Shown piece after piece: positions 1 to 8,193 of a DNA stretch of 32,000 nt. Under the pieces are notes generated by a model, which saw nothing but the letters and a program-made list of their open reading frames with translations, ran no database searches and was not told the origin of the DNA. The translations under genes and the position numbers were made by a program. The stretch comes from Parasynechococcus marenigrum WH 8102 (GTDB taxonomy: Bacteria > Cyanobacteriota > Cyanobacteriia > PCC-6307 > Cyanobiaceae). The stretch spans positions 120,001 to 152,000 of the forward strand of contig NC_005070.1 in the NCBI RefSeq assembly GCF_000195975.1, given 5' to 3'. The number at the start of each line of letters is the position of its first letter. The stretch's first letter is position 1.

Positions 1-48
1 GGGGTCGCGACCGGCTCGGCCGACGAGGGTGACGGAATTCACGCCCAT
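1..48 (-). CDS. ssb: single-stranded DNA-binding protein, first 16 codons only (gene runs off the left edge)
   Basis: Reverse-strand ATG at 48..46 is preceded by GGAG. It reads MGVNSVTLVGRAGRDP to the window edge, matching the conserved SSB N-terminus (N-x-V-x-L-V-G-R-x-G-x-D-P). The fragment is too short to appear in the ORF track. Divergent from mreB. Confidence 0.5.
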   Translation of the reverse strand, partial: MGVNSVTLVGRAGRDP

Positions 49-182
49 GGGATTCACTCCTTGTGTTGGTTTCAATGATGCGCCACGGTTTTTATGGCTG
101 CTTTCAAGGAGTTCCACCCCTACCGCCGGATGTAACAGGCAGCGTTGGATTCCGCCCCTATGATTCGCCGGCCTGAGGTCCT

Positions 183-1241
183 GTGGCCGTGCTGTTTCGT
201 CGTTTCCAGCTGTCTCGCGACATCGGCATCGACCTTGGCACCGCCAACACGCTGATCTATGTGTCAGGGAAGGGCATTGTGTTGCAGGAGCCGTCGGTAG
301 TCGCGCTGGATCTTGAGCGCGGCACACCACTGGCTGTGGGTGATGAGGCGAAGTTGATGCTGGGTCGGACCCCAGGCAACATTCGCGCTGTACGGCCTCT
401 GCGCGATGGTGTGATTGCCGACTTCGATGCGGCTGAGCAGATGCTCAAGACCTTCATCACCAAAGGCAATGAAGGGCGCGGCATCATGGCTCCCCGTTTG
501 GTGGTGGGTATCCCCAGCGGTGTGACCGGTGTTGAACGTCGCGCAGTGCGAGAAGCGGGCATGGCCGGTGCAAGGGAAGTGCATCTGATCGATGAACCAG
601 TGGCAGCCGCCATTGGTGCGGGCCTGCCGGTGACGGAACCCGTCGGCACGATGATTGTTGACATCGGCGGTGGCACGACTGAGGTGGCCGTTTTGAGTCT
701 CGGTGGCACGGTGCTGAGTGAGTCCGTGCGCGTCGCCGGTGATGAAATCACCGATGCGATCGGGGTTTACCTCAAGAAGGTGCACAACATGGTGGTCGGT
801 GAACGCACCGCTGAGGACATCAAGATTCGCGTCGGCTCTGCATTCCCCGATGACGCCTTTGACCAGGAGTCAATGGATGTACGTGGCCTGCATCTCCTCT
901 CCGGCCTGCCTCGTACGATCAATTTGAGAGCAGGCGATCTTCGAGAAGCGATTGCCGAGCCCCTCAACGTGATCGTTGAGGCGGTGAAGCGCACCCTGGA
1001 GCGCACCCCACCTGAGTTGGCTGCCGACATCGTCGATCGAGGCATCATGCTGGCCGGTGGTGGAGCGTTGGTGCGCGGTATCAGTGATCTGATCAGCCAC
1101 GAGACGGGCATCTTTGTACACATCGCAGAAGACCCTCTCCTCTGCGTGGTCAATGGTTGTGGCCAGGTGTTGGAGGACTGGAAGCGCCTCCAACGCGTGG
1201 TCGACACCCCGGAATTCATCCGATCACCCGCCGGCGCCTGA
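183..1241 (+). CDS. mreB: rod-shape-determining actin homologue MreB
   Basis: 352-aa ORF with a GTG start and GAGG 5 nt upstream. It carries the ASKHA/actin-fold motifs DIGIDLGTANTLIYV, DEPVAAAIGAG and VDIGGGTTEVAV, and full-length resemblance to MreB. Followed by mreC and mreD. Confidence 0.95.
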   Translation: MAVLFRRFQLSRDIGIDLGTANTLIYVSGKGIVLQEPSVVALDLERGTPLAVGDEAKLMLGRTPGNIRAVRPLRDGVIADFDAAEQMLKTFITKGNEGRGIMAPRLVVGIPSGVTGVERRAVREAGMAGAREVHLIDEPVAAAIGAGLPVTEPVGTMIVDIGGGTTEVAVLSLGGTVLSESVRVAGDEITDAIGVYLKKVHNMVVGERTAEDIKIRVGSAFPDDAFDQESMDVRGLHLLSGLPRTINLRAGDLREAIAEPLNVIVEAVKRTLERTPPELAADIVDRGIMLAGGGALVRGISDLISHETGIFVHIAEDPLLCVVNGCGQVLEDWKRLQRVVDTPEFIRSPAGA

Positions 1242-1245
1242 GCCC

Positions 1246-1992
1246 ATGGCTCCATCGCTGCGGCCTGGGACGAGTCGTTTGCGGGGATTCGCTCAGCTCA
1301 CACCGTGGCTTCTGCTGATCTCCGGCCTGATCGTTGTGCGCCTCAGTAAGGGTGCCGGTTTCACCGATGCTTATGCCTTGCTCAGCCGACCGTTCTGGCC
1401 CGGTCCAGCGCAGCGGGAATGGATTGTTGCCGCGACCGATCTGGAACAGGCATCCAGGCTGAAATTGCTGGAGAGAGATAACCAACGTCTGCGTGGCCTC
1501 CTGGCTCTACAGCAGGACGGCTCTCAGGCTGGTCTGGTGTCTGCGGCGGTGATTGCCCGCCGTCCCCGTGGCTGGTGGCAGCAGCTGGAGCTCGGTAAGG
1601 GTGGTCTGCACGGCATCGCCGCGAACGACGCCGTCATCGGGCCCGGAGGACTGCTCGGCCGGGTGTCCAGTACGACGCCAGCCACTGCACGGGTGAAATT
1701 GCTGACCGCGCCAGGTCATGAGATCGGTGTTTGGTTGCCCCGCTCTCGCCGCCATGGTCTGCTGGTGGGTATGGGGTCCAGTCGGCCCAAACTTCGCTTC
1801 ATCGATCGCGATCCGGATGTTCGGCCGGGTGATCTGGTGAGCACATCGCCAGCAAGCACACTGCTGCCGCCCAACATTCCAGTGGGGGTGGTGCAGGCTG
1901 TTGAGGAGCAGGCGGCGCCGTCCACCGCCGCTGTGGTGCAGCTGATTGCCGCACCGGAGGCTATCGACTGGGTGCAGATCATGACGCGCTGA
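1246..1992 (+). CDS. mreC: rod-shape-determining protein MreC
   Basis: Track ORF 1114..1992 trimmed to the ATG at codon 45 (1246), just after the mreB stop. It has an N-terminal TM helix (LTPWLLLISGLIVV), a coiled-coil (LEQASRLKLLERDNQRLRGLL) and a beta-rich C-terminal domain. Synteny is mreB-mreC-mreD. Confidence 0.85.
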   Translation: MAPSLRPGTSRLRGFAQLTPWLLLISGLIVVRLSKGAGFTDAYALLSRPFWPGPAQREWIVAATDLEQASRLKLLERDNQRLRGLLALQQDGSQAGLVSAAVIARRPRGWWQQLELGKGGLHGIAANDAVIGPGGLLGRVSSTTPATARVKLLTAPGHEIGVWLPRSRRHGLLVGMGSSRPKLRFIDRDPDVRPGDLVSTSPASTLLPPNIPVGVVQAVEEQAAPSTAAVVQLIAAPEAIDWVQIMTR

Positions 1993-1994
1993 CC

Positions 1995-2504
1995 ATGGCT
2001 CGTTTGTATCAACGTCCGATGTGTGTGGCCTCAAGTCTTCTGGTGCCGTTGGCCACCCTTGCCACCCCCCCCTGGCTGGGCCTTGATGGCGTGCCACCGG
2101 CCTGGGTTGTGATCTGGTTGTTGCCCTGGGCGTTGGTGGATGGTCCGCTCTCCGGAGCGTTGTCCGGCCTAGCGCTGGGATTGGTGATGGATGGCCTGCA
2201 CCTGTCGGGTTGGAGTCAGGTCCCTGCGTTGGTGCTGCTTGGCTGGTGGTGGGGTCGTCTGGGGCGTCGCGCCCAGCCGATCCAGCGAAGCCTCAATCTC
2301 GGTTTGCTGGCTTGGCTGGGGTCCATGCTGCTGGGCATCACGGTGTTGGCTCAACTTCTGATTCTTTCCGGTTGGCCGCTGGACCCACAGCTGCAGACCT
2401 GGGGTTGGCACACCCTTTGGTGTCAGGCCCTGATCACCGGGTTGCTGGCACCGATGCTCGCGTCGGTTCAACTGCTGATCTGGCGAAGCAGGGCGTTGTT
2501 ATGA
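1995..2504 (+). CDS. mreD: rod-shape-determining membrane protein MreD
   Basis: 169 aa, starting 3 nt after the mreC stop. It is a polytopic W/L/G-rich membrane protein with no catalytic motifs. The call rests mainly on position after mreB-mreC and on size and topology. Confidence 0.7.
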   Translation: MARLYQRPMCVASSLLVPLATLATPPWLGLDGVPPAWVVIWLLPWALVDGPLSGALSGLALGLVMDGLHLSGWSQVPALVLLGWWWGRLGRRAQPIQRSLNLGLLAWLGSMLLGITVLAQLLILSGWPLDPQLQTWGWHTLWCQALITGLLAPMLASVQLLIWRSRALL

Positions 2505-3790
2505 GACTCAGCCGCCGGAAGCTGCTGATAGGAGCTCTTGCGGCAGGGATGGCGGCCTGCGGTCGACCTCGGTCGCAGCAGCGGTCTCTTGAGCTCTGGA
2601 CCCTGCAGCTGGCTCCCAAATTCAATGACTACTTCGCTGATGTGCTCGGGGTCTGGCAGCTACGCCACCCAGCTGCAGCCGTCCGCTGGACAGACCTCCC
2701 TTGGGGATCAGTGGAGCGCAAGTTGCTGGCGGCCGTTTATGCCCGCACGGCGCCCGATGTGGTGAATCTCAACCCACCGTTTGCCGCCAACCTCGCCAGC
2801 AAGGGAGGACTGACAGACCTGACGCCGCTGCTGCCACCGCATGTTGCTGATCTCTATCTACCGTCCGTCTGGGATGCCTGTCGCGATGCCGATGCGGGAC
2901 AGATTGCAATTCCCTGGTACTTAACGGTCCGGCTCAGCCTGGTCAATCGAAGGTTGATGGAGCGTGCTGGCATTGATCAGCCCCCCAGCCGTTGGGAGCA
3001 GATTCCAGACTTTGCGCGCCGGATCCGCGAGCGAACCGGTCGGTACGGACTGTTCATCACGACCGTGCCGGATGACTCGGCGGAGTTGCTGGAATCTTTG
3101 GTGCAGATGGGCGTCACCCTGCTGGATGGCCAGCGCCGGGCGGCCTTCGACAGTCCAGCCGGCCGTCAGGCCTTCCGCTTCTGGACGGATCTGTACCGGC
3201 AGGGACTGCTTCCCCGGGAGGTGGTCAGCCAGGGGCAGCGCCGAGCGATCGAACTGTTCCAGAGCGGTGATCTAGCGATGGCGTCCACTGGGGCGGAGTT
3301 TCTGCGCAGCATTCAGGTGAATGCCCCGGGCATCGCCGCCGCAACAGAACCTCATCTGCCCCTCACAGGACCTGATGGCACGGCCAATGTGGCCCTGATG
3401 ACCCTGGCAGTTCCGCAGCAGAGTGCGCGGGCCCAGGAGGCCGTGGATCTGGCTTTGTTCCTCACCAATGCTGCCAACCAAACCCGTTTTGCTGAACAGG
3501 CCCGGGTGTTGCCCTCTTCCGTTAAAGCTTTGGCGGCGGTGCGCTCGTCTCTGGAGCAGGAACAACCCACCACCGAGCCGGAGCGGCAGATCCGCAGGGC
3601 CCGTTTGCTGTCCGCCCAGACCCTTACGCAGGCCGGGGTTCTGGTGCCTGCTCTGCCGGGTATTAAGCGCCTGCAGAGCATCGTGTACACCCAGCTGCAG
3701 CGCTCAATGCTGGGGCAGTTGAGCAGCGACGCAGCGCTGGGGGAGGCGGCAAGGGAATGGAACCTTTATTCCCAGGCTCGCTGGCCCTAA
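2501..3790 (+). CDS. ABC-transporter extracellular solute-binding lipoprotein (family 1, sugar-type), orphan
   Basis: Track ORF 2210..3790 trimmed to the ATG at codon 98 (2501), which forms an ATGA overlap with the mreD stop. MRLSRRKLLIGALAAGMAAC is a signal peptide with a lipobox Cys. The mature part looks like a sugar-type SBP of about 410 aa. No permease or ATPase gene is adjacent. Confidence 0.8.
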   Translation: MRLSRRKLLIGALAAGMAACGRPRSQQRSLELWTLQLAPKFNDYFADVLGVWQLRHPAAAVRWTDLPWGSVERKLLAAVYARTAPDVVNLNPPFAANLASKGGLTDLTPLLPPHVADLYLPSVWDACRDADAGQIAIPWYLTVRLSLVNRRLMERAGIDQPPSRWEQIPDFARRIRERTGRYGLFITTVPDDSAELLESLVQMGVTLLDGQRRAAFDSPAGRQAFRFWTDLYRQGLLPREVVSQGQRRAIELFQSGDLAMASTGAEFLRSIQVNAPGIAAATEPHLPLTGPDGTANVALMTLAVPQQSARAQEAVDLALFLTNAANQTRFAEQARVLPSSVKALAAVRSSLEQEQPTTEPERQIRRARLLSAQTLTQAGVLVPALPGIKRLQSIVYTQLQRSMLGQLSSDAALGEAAREWNLYSQARWP

Positions 3791-3899
3791 CCAAATCCGG
3801 ACTTCCTTAAGAGAATCGGTAAAGGGAATGCGGCAGAAGCGCTTTCGCCCCAATCCGTTCGGGTTGAACGGTATGGTTTCAACTCGTTAAGCCAGGTTG

Positions 3900-4661
3900 A
3901 TGTCTGGTGACGTCCTGAGCCAACCAAAAGCCACTGTTCTCGTCGTTGATGACGAGGCGGCTGTTAGGCGCGTGCTCGTGATGCGCCTGCAACTTTCCGG
4001 CTATCGCGTCGTGTGCGCTGAAGACGGTGAGCAGGCGCTCGAGCTGTTTCACAGCGAGTCGCCAGATCTGGTGGTACTTGATGTGATGCTGCCGAAGCTG
4101 GATGGTTTCGCGGTCTGTCGGCGGCTTCGGGCCGAATCCTGCGTGCCGATCATCTTTTTATCTGCCGTCGACGCCATTTCCGAGAAGGTGGCTGGTTTGG
4201 ACCTTGGAGCCGACGATTACCTGCCGAAACCATTCAGTCCCAAGGAGCTCGAGGCACGCATCTCCACCATTCTGCGCAGAGTTGGACGTGGTGCAGCAGA
4301 GATTGAGAGCCGTGAGCTGCCGACAGGTCAGGGAGTGATGTGTATCGGGGAGCTGGTGGTTGATACCAACCGCCGACAGGTCACCCGCGGTGCTGAGCGG
4401 ATCAACCTCACTTACACCGAATTCAGCCTCTTGGAATTGTTGTTTCGTGAACCCGGTGAGGTGGTGCCACGGGCTGAAATTCTTGAACAGCTGTGGGGGT
4501 ATCCACCGCGCCGTGCTGCTGACTTGCGGGTGGTGGACGTTTACGTGGCGCGTTTACGGGGCAAATTGGAACCGGATCCACGCAACCCCGAGCTGATCCT
4601 CACGGTTCGTGGCATCGGCTACTGCTCTCAGCGTCTGGGGGAGACCGCGGCGACGGCCTGA
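3900..4661 (+). CDS. rpaB: OmpR-family two-component response regulator, RpaB/Ycf27-like
   Basis: Receiver domain motifs are present (VLVVDDE, DLVVLDVMLPKLDG, KPFSPKELEARI), followed by a winged-helix output domain (LTYTEFSLLELL, VDVYVARLRGKLE, TVRGIGY). The block LPKLDGFAVCRRLRAESCVPIIFLSA matches my recollection of picocyanobacterial RpaB. ATG 3900 is preferred over the adjacent TTG 3897. Confidence 0.78.
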   Translation: MSGDVLSQPKATVLVVDDEAAVRRVLVMRLQLSGYRVVCAEDGEQALELFHSESPDLVVLDVMLPKLDGFAVCRRLRAESCVPIIFLSAVDAISEKVAGLDLGADDYLPKPFSPKELEARISTILRRVGRGAAEIESRELPTGQGVMCIGELVVDTNRRQVTRGAERINLTYTEFSLLELLFREPGEVVPRAEILEQLWGYPPRRAADLRVVDVYVARLRGKLEPDPRNPELILTVRGIGYCSQRLGETAATA

Positions 4662-4706
4662 TTCACCCGCGAGCGGGCAGGATGGCGCCCGATTGCCTCG
4701 TCTGCC

Positions 4707-6215
4707 GTGTCTGAGCTGCGCGACACCCGTTTGGAGAAGTGCCAGGCACTGTCTGATCTGGGCCAGGGTCCCTACGCCCTCAACTTTGAGCCGACCCATC
4801 GCATGGCGGCCTTGCATGAGGCCCATGCCGACCTCCCCAATGGCGAGGAACGTGAGGTGACGGTGTCCGTCGCCGGGCGGGTGATGACCCGGCGGGTGAT
4901 GGGCAAGCTCGCCTTTTTCACCCTGGCGGATGAGACCGGCACCATTCAGCTGTTTCTGGAGAAAGCGGGCCTGGAGGCGCAGCAGGAGGGCTGGTTCAAG
5001 CAGATCACCGGTCTGGTCGATGGCGGCGACTGGCTTGGGGTGAGCGGCACGCTGCGCCGCACCGATCGCGGTGAGTTGTCGGTGAAGGTGAGCGATTGGC
5101 GCATGCTCACCAAGGCGCTGCAACCGCTGCCGGATAAGTGGCACGGCCTGGCCGATGTGGAGAAGCGCTACCGCCAGCGCTATCTCGACCTCATCGTGTC
5201 GCCGGACAGCCGGGAGACTTTCCGCCGCCGGGCACGGTTGGTGAGCGGCATCCGCCGCTGGCTGGATCAACGTGATTTTCTCGAAATTGAGACTCCGGTG
5301 CTGCAGAGCGAACCGGGCGGTGCCGATGCTCGGCCCTTCGAGACCCACCACAACGCTCTTGATCTTCCCCTCACCCTGCGCATCGCCACCGAACTGCATC
5401 TCAAACGCCTGGTGGTGGGTGGCTTCGAGCGGGTGTACGAGCTGGGCCGGATCTTTCGCAATGAAGGGGTCAGCACCCGCCACAACCCGGAATTCACCTC
5501 GGTGGAGATCTATCAGGCCTACTCCGATTACATCGGAATGATGGAGCTCACTGAGCAGATGGTCAGCGCCGTTTGCCAGGAGGTGTGCGGCAGTTGCCAG
5601 ATCACGTACCAGGACACCGAGATTGATCTCAGCCCCCCCTGGCGACGGGCCACCATGCATGAGCTAGTGGAGGAAGCCACCGGTCTTGATTTCAATAGCT
5701 TCAGCAGTCGGGAGGCGGCGGCTGTAGCGATGACCGGCAAGGGCCTGCATGCACCTGAACTGGCCGATTCCGTGGGGCGTCTGCTGAATGAAGCGTTCGA
5801 GCAGGCGGTGGAGACAACGCTGATTCAACCCACCTTTGTGACCGATTACCCGGTGGAGATTTCACCGTTGGCCCGGCCTCACCGCAGCAAACCCGGCCTG
5901 GTGGAACGTTTTGAGCTGTTCATCGTTGGCCGCGAGCATGCCAATGCCTTCAGTGAGCTCACCGATCCGGTGGATCAGCGGCAGCGCCTGGAGGCCCAGC
6001 AGGCCCGTAAGGCTGCCGGGGATCTCGAAGCGCAGGGGTTGGATGAAGACTTCGTCACGGCCCTCGAGGTGGGCATGCCTCCCACCGGTGGGTTGGGTAT
6101 TGGTATCGATCGTTTGGTGATGCTGCTCACGGATAGCCCATCGATCCGTGATGTCATTGCCTTCCCGCTTCTGCGGCCGGAGCCCAGGGCGGCGGATGCC
6201 CCCGCAATGGGATAA
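4707..6215 (+). CDS. lysS: lysyl-tRNA synthetase, class II
   Basis: 502 aa with a GTG start ([11 protein letters not shown]...). It has an N-terminal OB-fold anticodon-binding domain and class II motifs ([29 protein letters not shown]). Confidence 0.95.
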   Translation: MSELRDTRLEKCQALSDLGQGPYALNFEPTHRMAALHEAHADLPNGEEREVTVSVAGRVMTRRVMGKLAFFTLADETGTIQLFLEKAGLEAQQEGWFKQITGLVDGGDWLGVSGTLRRTDRGELSVKVSDWRMLTKALQPLPDKWHGLADVEKRYRQRYLDLIVSPDSRETFRRRARLVSGIRRWLDQRDFLEIETPVLQSEPGGADARPFETHHNALDLPLTLRIATELHLKRLVVGGFERVYELGRIFRNEGVSTRHNPEFTSVEIYQAYSDYIGMMELTEQMVSAVCQEVCGSCQITYQDTEIDLSPPWRRATMHELVEEATGLDFNSFSSREAAAVAMTGKGLHAPELADSVGRLLNEAFEQAVETTLIQPTFVTDYPVEISPLARPHRSKPGLVERFELFIVGREHANAFSELTDPVDQRQRLEAQQARKAAGDLEAQGLDEDFVTALEVGMPPTGGLGIGIDRLVMLLTDSPSIRDVIAFPLLRPEPRAADAPAMG

Positions 6216-6242
6216 TGCACTAAGTGGCATGATCCGAATCCC

Positions 6243-6506
6243 ATGAGTGGAGAGCGCGTTGGGTTCCGCTTTAAGCACGCTGATGCTGTGGTCAAGCGCA
6301 ACCCCCAGGGCCGTTCCCGCCGGGGTTGGGTGATGGAACCGGTGGAGCAGACCACCAGCCGTGGCACCAAGATGCCTGCTTATCGGATTCGCTGGCGCGA
6401 TAGCGAGCGCCCTGAAATCGTGCTGCAGCACATGCTGATTGCGGACCCGGATCCCACGCCTCCGCCCGAGGGTGTCAGCCTTGAGCCCCCCGCCCCCAAG
6501 GCCTGA
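6243..6506 (+). CDS. small basic hypothetical protein (87 aa) with a Pro-rich tail
   Basis: ATG-initiated ORF with GC-rich third codon positions like neighbouring genes. I recognise no motif. It ends 1 nt before the stop of the convergent ORF 6508..6984. Confidence 0.5.
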   Translation: MSGERVGFRFKHADAVVKRNPQGRSRRGWVMEPVEQTTSRGTKMPAYRIRWRDSERPEIVLQHMLIADPDPTPPPEGVSLEPPAPKA

Positions 6507-6507
6507 G

Positions 6508-6984
6508 TCAGCTCAGACCAGCATCACGACGCAATTGCTCCAGTTCCTGGTCGGCTTCAAATAGAGCCCAGTCCCGATCAAGGGAAGACACACCGCTGCG
6601 CTGTTGCCGGCTTAGTTCGTTGAGTTGCTGATCCACTTCCTTGAAGCGCCGGCCGAGGTCTGCCAGGTCCATCCATAGCGTTCGTCCCTGATTCATCAGG
6701 TCGTTGAGATGCTGTTCAGCTCGTTTGCTGAGCTCCTTCTCTCCGGCGCGTTTGGCTCGCTCCGTGCGCTCCGTCCAGGCGCGGACGTCTGCGGCAAGAG
6801 CGAGAAGCTGTTTTCGCTGTTCCTCGGCATCCTGTTGCAATTGCTGCCGTTGGCGCTGCAGGGACCGAGCCCGGTCCAGCTGATGTTGCTGCCTGAACAA
6901 CTGCTCCTGGACGGGGTTTTGGCTCAGAAACGCAGCCAGCCGTTGGTCCAGCTCCCGTTCCAGTTGCTCCAGCCAGTTGCTCAT
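6508..6984 (-). CDS. Gln/Arg/Glu-rich coiled-coil protein of unknown function (158 aa)
   Basis: The ATG start overlaps the stop of the upstream ORF 6981..7217 as ATGA. The sequence shows long heptad-like stretches (QRQRQQLQQDAEEQRKQLLALAADVRAWTERTERAKRAGEKEL). There is no TM segment or catalytic motif. Confidence 0.6.
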   Translation of the reverse strand: MSNWLEQLERELDQRLAAFLSQNPVQEQLFRQQHQLDRARSLQRQRQQLQQDAEEQRKQLLALAADVRAWTERTERAKRAGEKELSKRAEQHLNDLMNQGRTLWMDLADLGRRFKEVDQQLNELSRQQRSGVSSLDRDWALFEADQELEQLRRDAGLS

Positions 6985-7217
6985 GGGTTGCTCCCCGGTG
7001 TGGTGATCACCGGTTTCTCGATCTCGGTCTCCAGGGGTTCGATCGCGGCTGTCTTTGAGTTGAGGATCATCTGAGCTAACTGCGCCGCTTTCACTTCGCC
7101 GACTGCTCCCTCCAGTCCACCAAGACGATCAAATGCAGCCAGGTACACAGCCTCCAGCTCCTGGATCAGCTGCTCGCGCTGCTGCTTGATCGCCTGACGC
7201 CGTTCCTCGGTTTTCAT
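6981..7217 (-). CDS. small helical hypothetical protein (78 aa)
   Basis: ATG start 22 nt downstream of the egtD stop. Its stop overlaps the next ATG (ATGA). Predicted helical N-half (EERRQAIKQQREQLIQELEAVYLAAF). No recognisable family. Confidence 0.5.
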   Translation of the reverse strand: MKTEERRQAIKQQREQLIQELEAVYLAAFDRLGGLEGAVGEVKAAQLAQMILNSKTAAIEPLETEIEKPVITTPGSNP

Positions 7218-7239
7218 CCACTCGCCTGGAATTCATTGT

Positions 7240-8193
7240 TCAGTCTGCCGGCAGGAGCAGATGCATCGATAAGTGATCCTCAGCGTCATGCCAGCGTTGC
7301 TCGATCCTCCAACCGGCGCGCAGGGCTAGATCGGCAGCTGCGGTTGGGCTGTACTTCACACTGTGTTCGGTGATCCAAAGGTCACCGCTGGTGAAGGACC
7401 AGGGTCGCCCTGCCAGCTGAAGCGTCTGATCGCAACGGCTTACCAGTGCCATCTCGATGCGACTCGCCTGTGGTTGCCAACGGGCTCGATAGGAAAAAGA
7501 TGTTGGGTCGATGTCTCCTTGCAGATCGCGATTCAGCCGTGTGAGCAGATTGCGTGCGAAGGCCGCAGAGACCCCTGCCGCATCGTCATATGCGGCCTCC
7601 AGCAGCGTTGGATCGCGCGGTTGGTCCAGCCCCAGCAGCAGCGGCCCACCGCGGAGCAGGTGGCGAAACCGCCTCAGCAGCTCGACGGCCTCATCTGGCC
7701 TGAAGTTGCCCAGGGAACTTCCAGGAAAAAATCCCACAAGGGGTTGCCCGTCCAGCAGTGGATGGGCCGGCAGAACGTCCAGCTGGCTGTGGTCACAGCA
7801 GATTCCCAGCATCGAAACCGTCGGATGATCCGCCTTCAGACCCTCCAGCGCTTCCTGTAGCGCCGAACGGCTGATGTCCAGTGCCACAAAGCTGCTGGCC
7901 TCCATGGCGTTCAACAGGGGGGACACCTTGGGGGCATGACCGATGCCGAATTCCACCATGACTCCTTTGCCCACCGCAGCAGCCATGGCCTTCGCGTGCT
8001 GGTCCAGCAGGGCCAGTTCCGTGCGCGTCAGGCTGTATTCGGGTTGTTCACAGATGGCGGCAAAAAGCCGTGAGCCCTCGCCGTCGTACAGCAGCCAGGC
8101 CGGCAGCTGCCTGGGGCTAGAGCGCAGGCCCTCTTCCACAAGCCGCCGCAGATCGGCGGGCTCGGGGTGGAGATCCAGCAATTCGATGGTCAT
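7240..8193 (-). CDS. egtD: L-histidine N-alpha-methyltransferase (EgtD-type, SAM-dependent)
   Basis: Track ORF 7240..8223 trimmed to the ATG at codon 11 (8193), giving an ATGA overlap with the egtB stop. It carries EgtD family hallmarks: QLPAWLLYDGEGSRLFAAICEQPEYSLTRTELALL, a VEFGIGHAPK SAM-binding loop and a C-terminal substrate domain. Paired with egtB. Confidence 0.85.
   Translation of the reverse strand: MTIELLDLHPEPADLRRLVEEGLRSSPRQLPAWLLYDGEGSRLFAAICEQPEYSLTRTELALLDQHAKAMAAAVGKGVMVEFGIGHAPKVSPLLNAMEASSFVALDISRSALQEALEGLKADHPTVSMLGICCDHSQLDVLPAHPLLDGQPLVGFFPGSSLGNFRPDEAVELLRRFRHLLRGGPLLLGLDQPRDPTLLEAAYDDAAGVSAAFARNLLTRLNRDLQGDIDPTSFSYRARWQPQASRIEMALVSRCDQTLQLAGRPWSFTSGDLWITEHSVKYSPTAAADLALRAGWRIEQRWHDAEDHLSMHLLLPAD

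Noticed and set aside
3855-3871. Hairpin CCGTTC-GGGTT-GAACGG between the SBP gene and rpaB as a terminator.
   Set aside because: It has only 6 bp and is not followed by a T-tract. It cannot be distinguished from chance.
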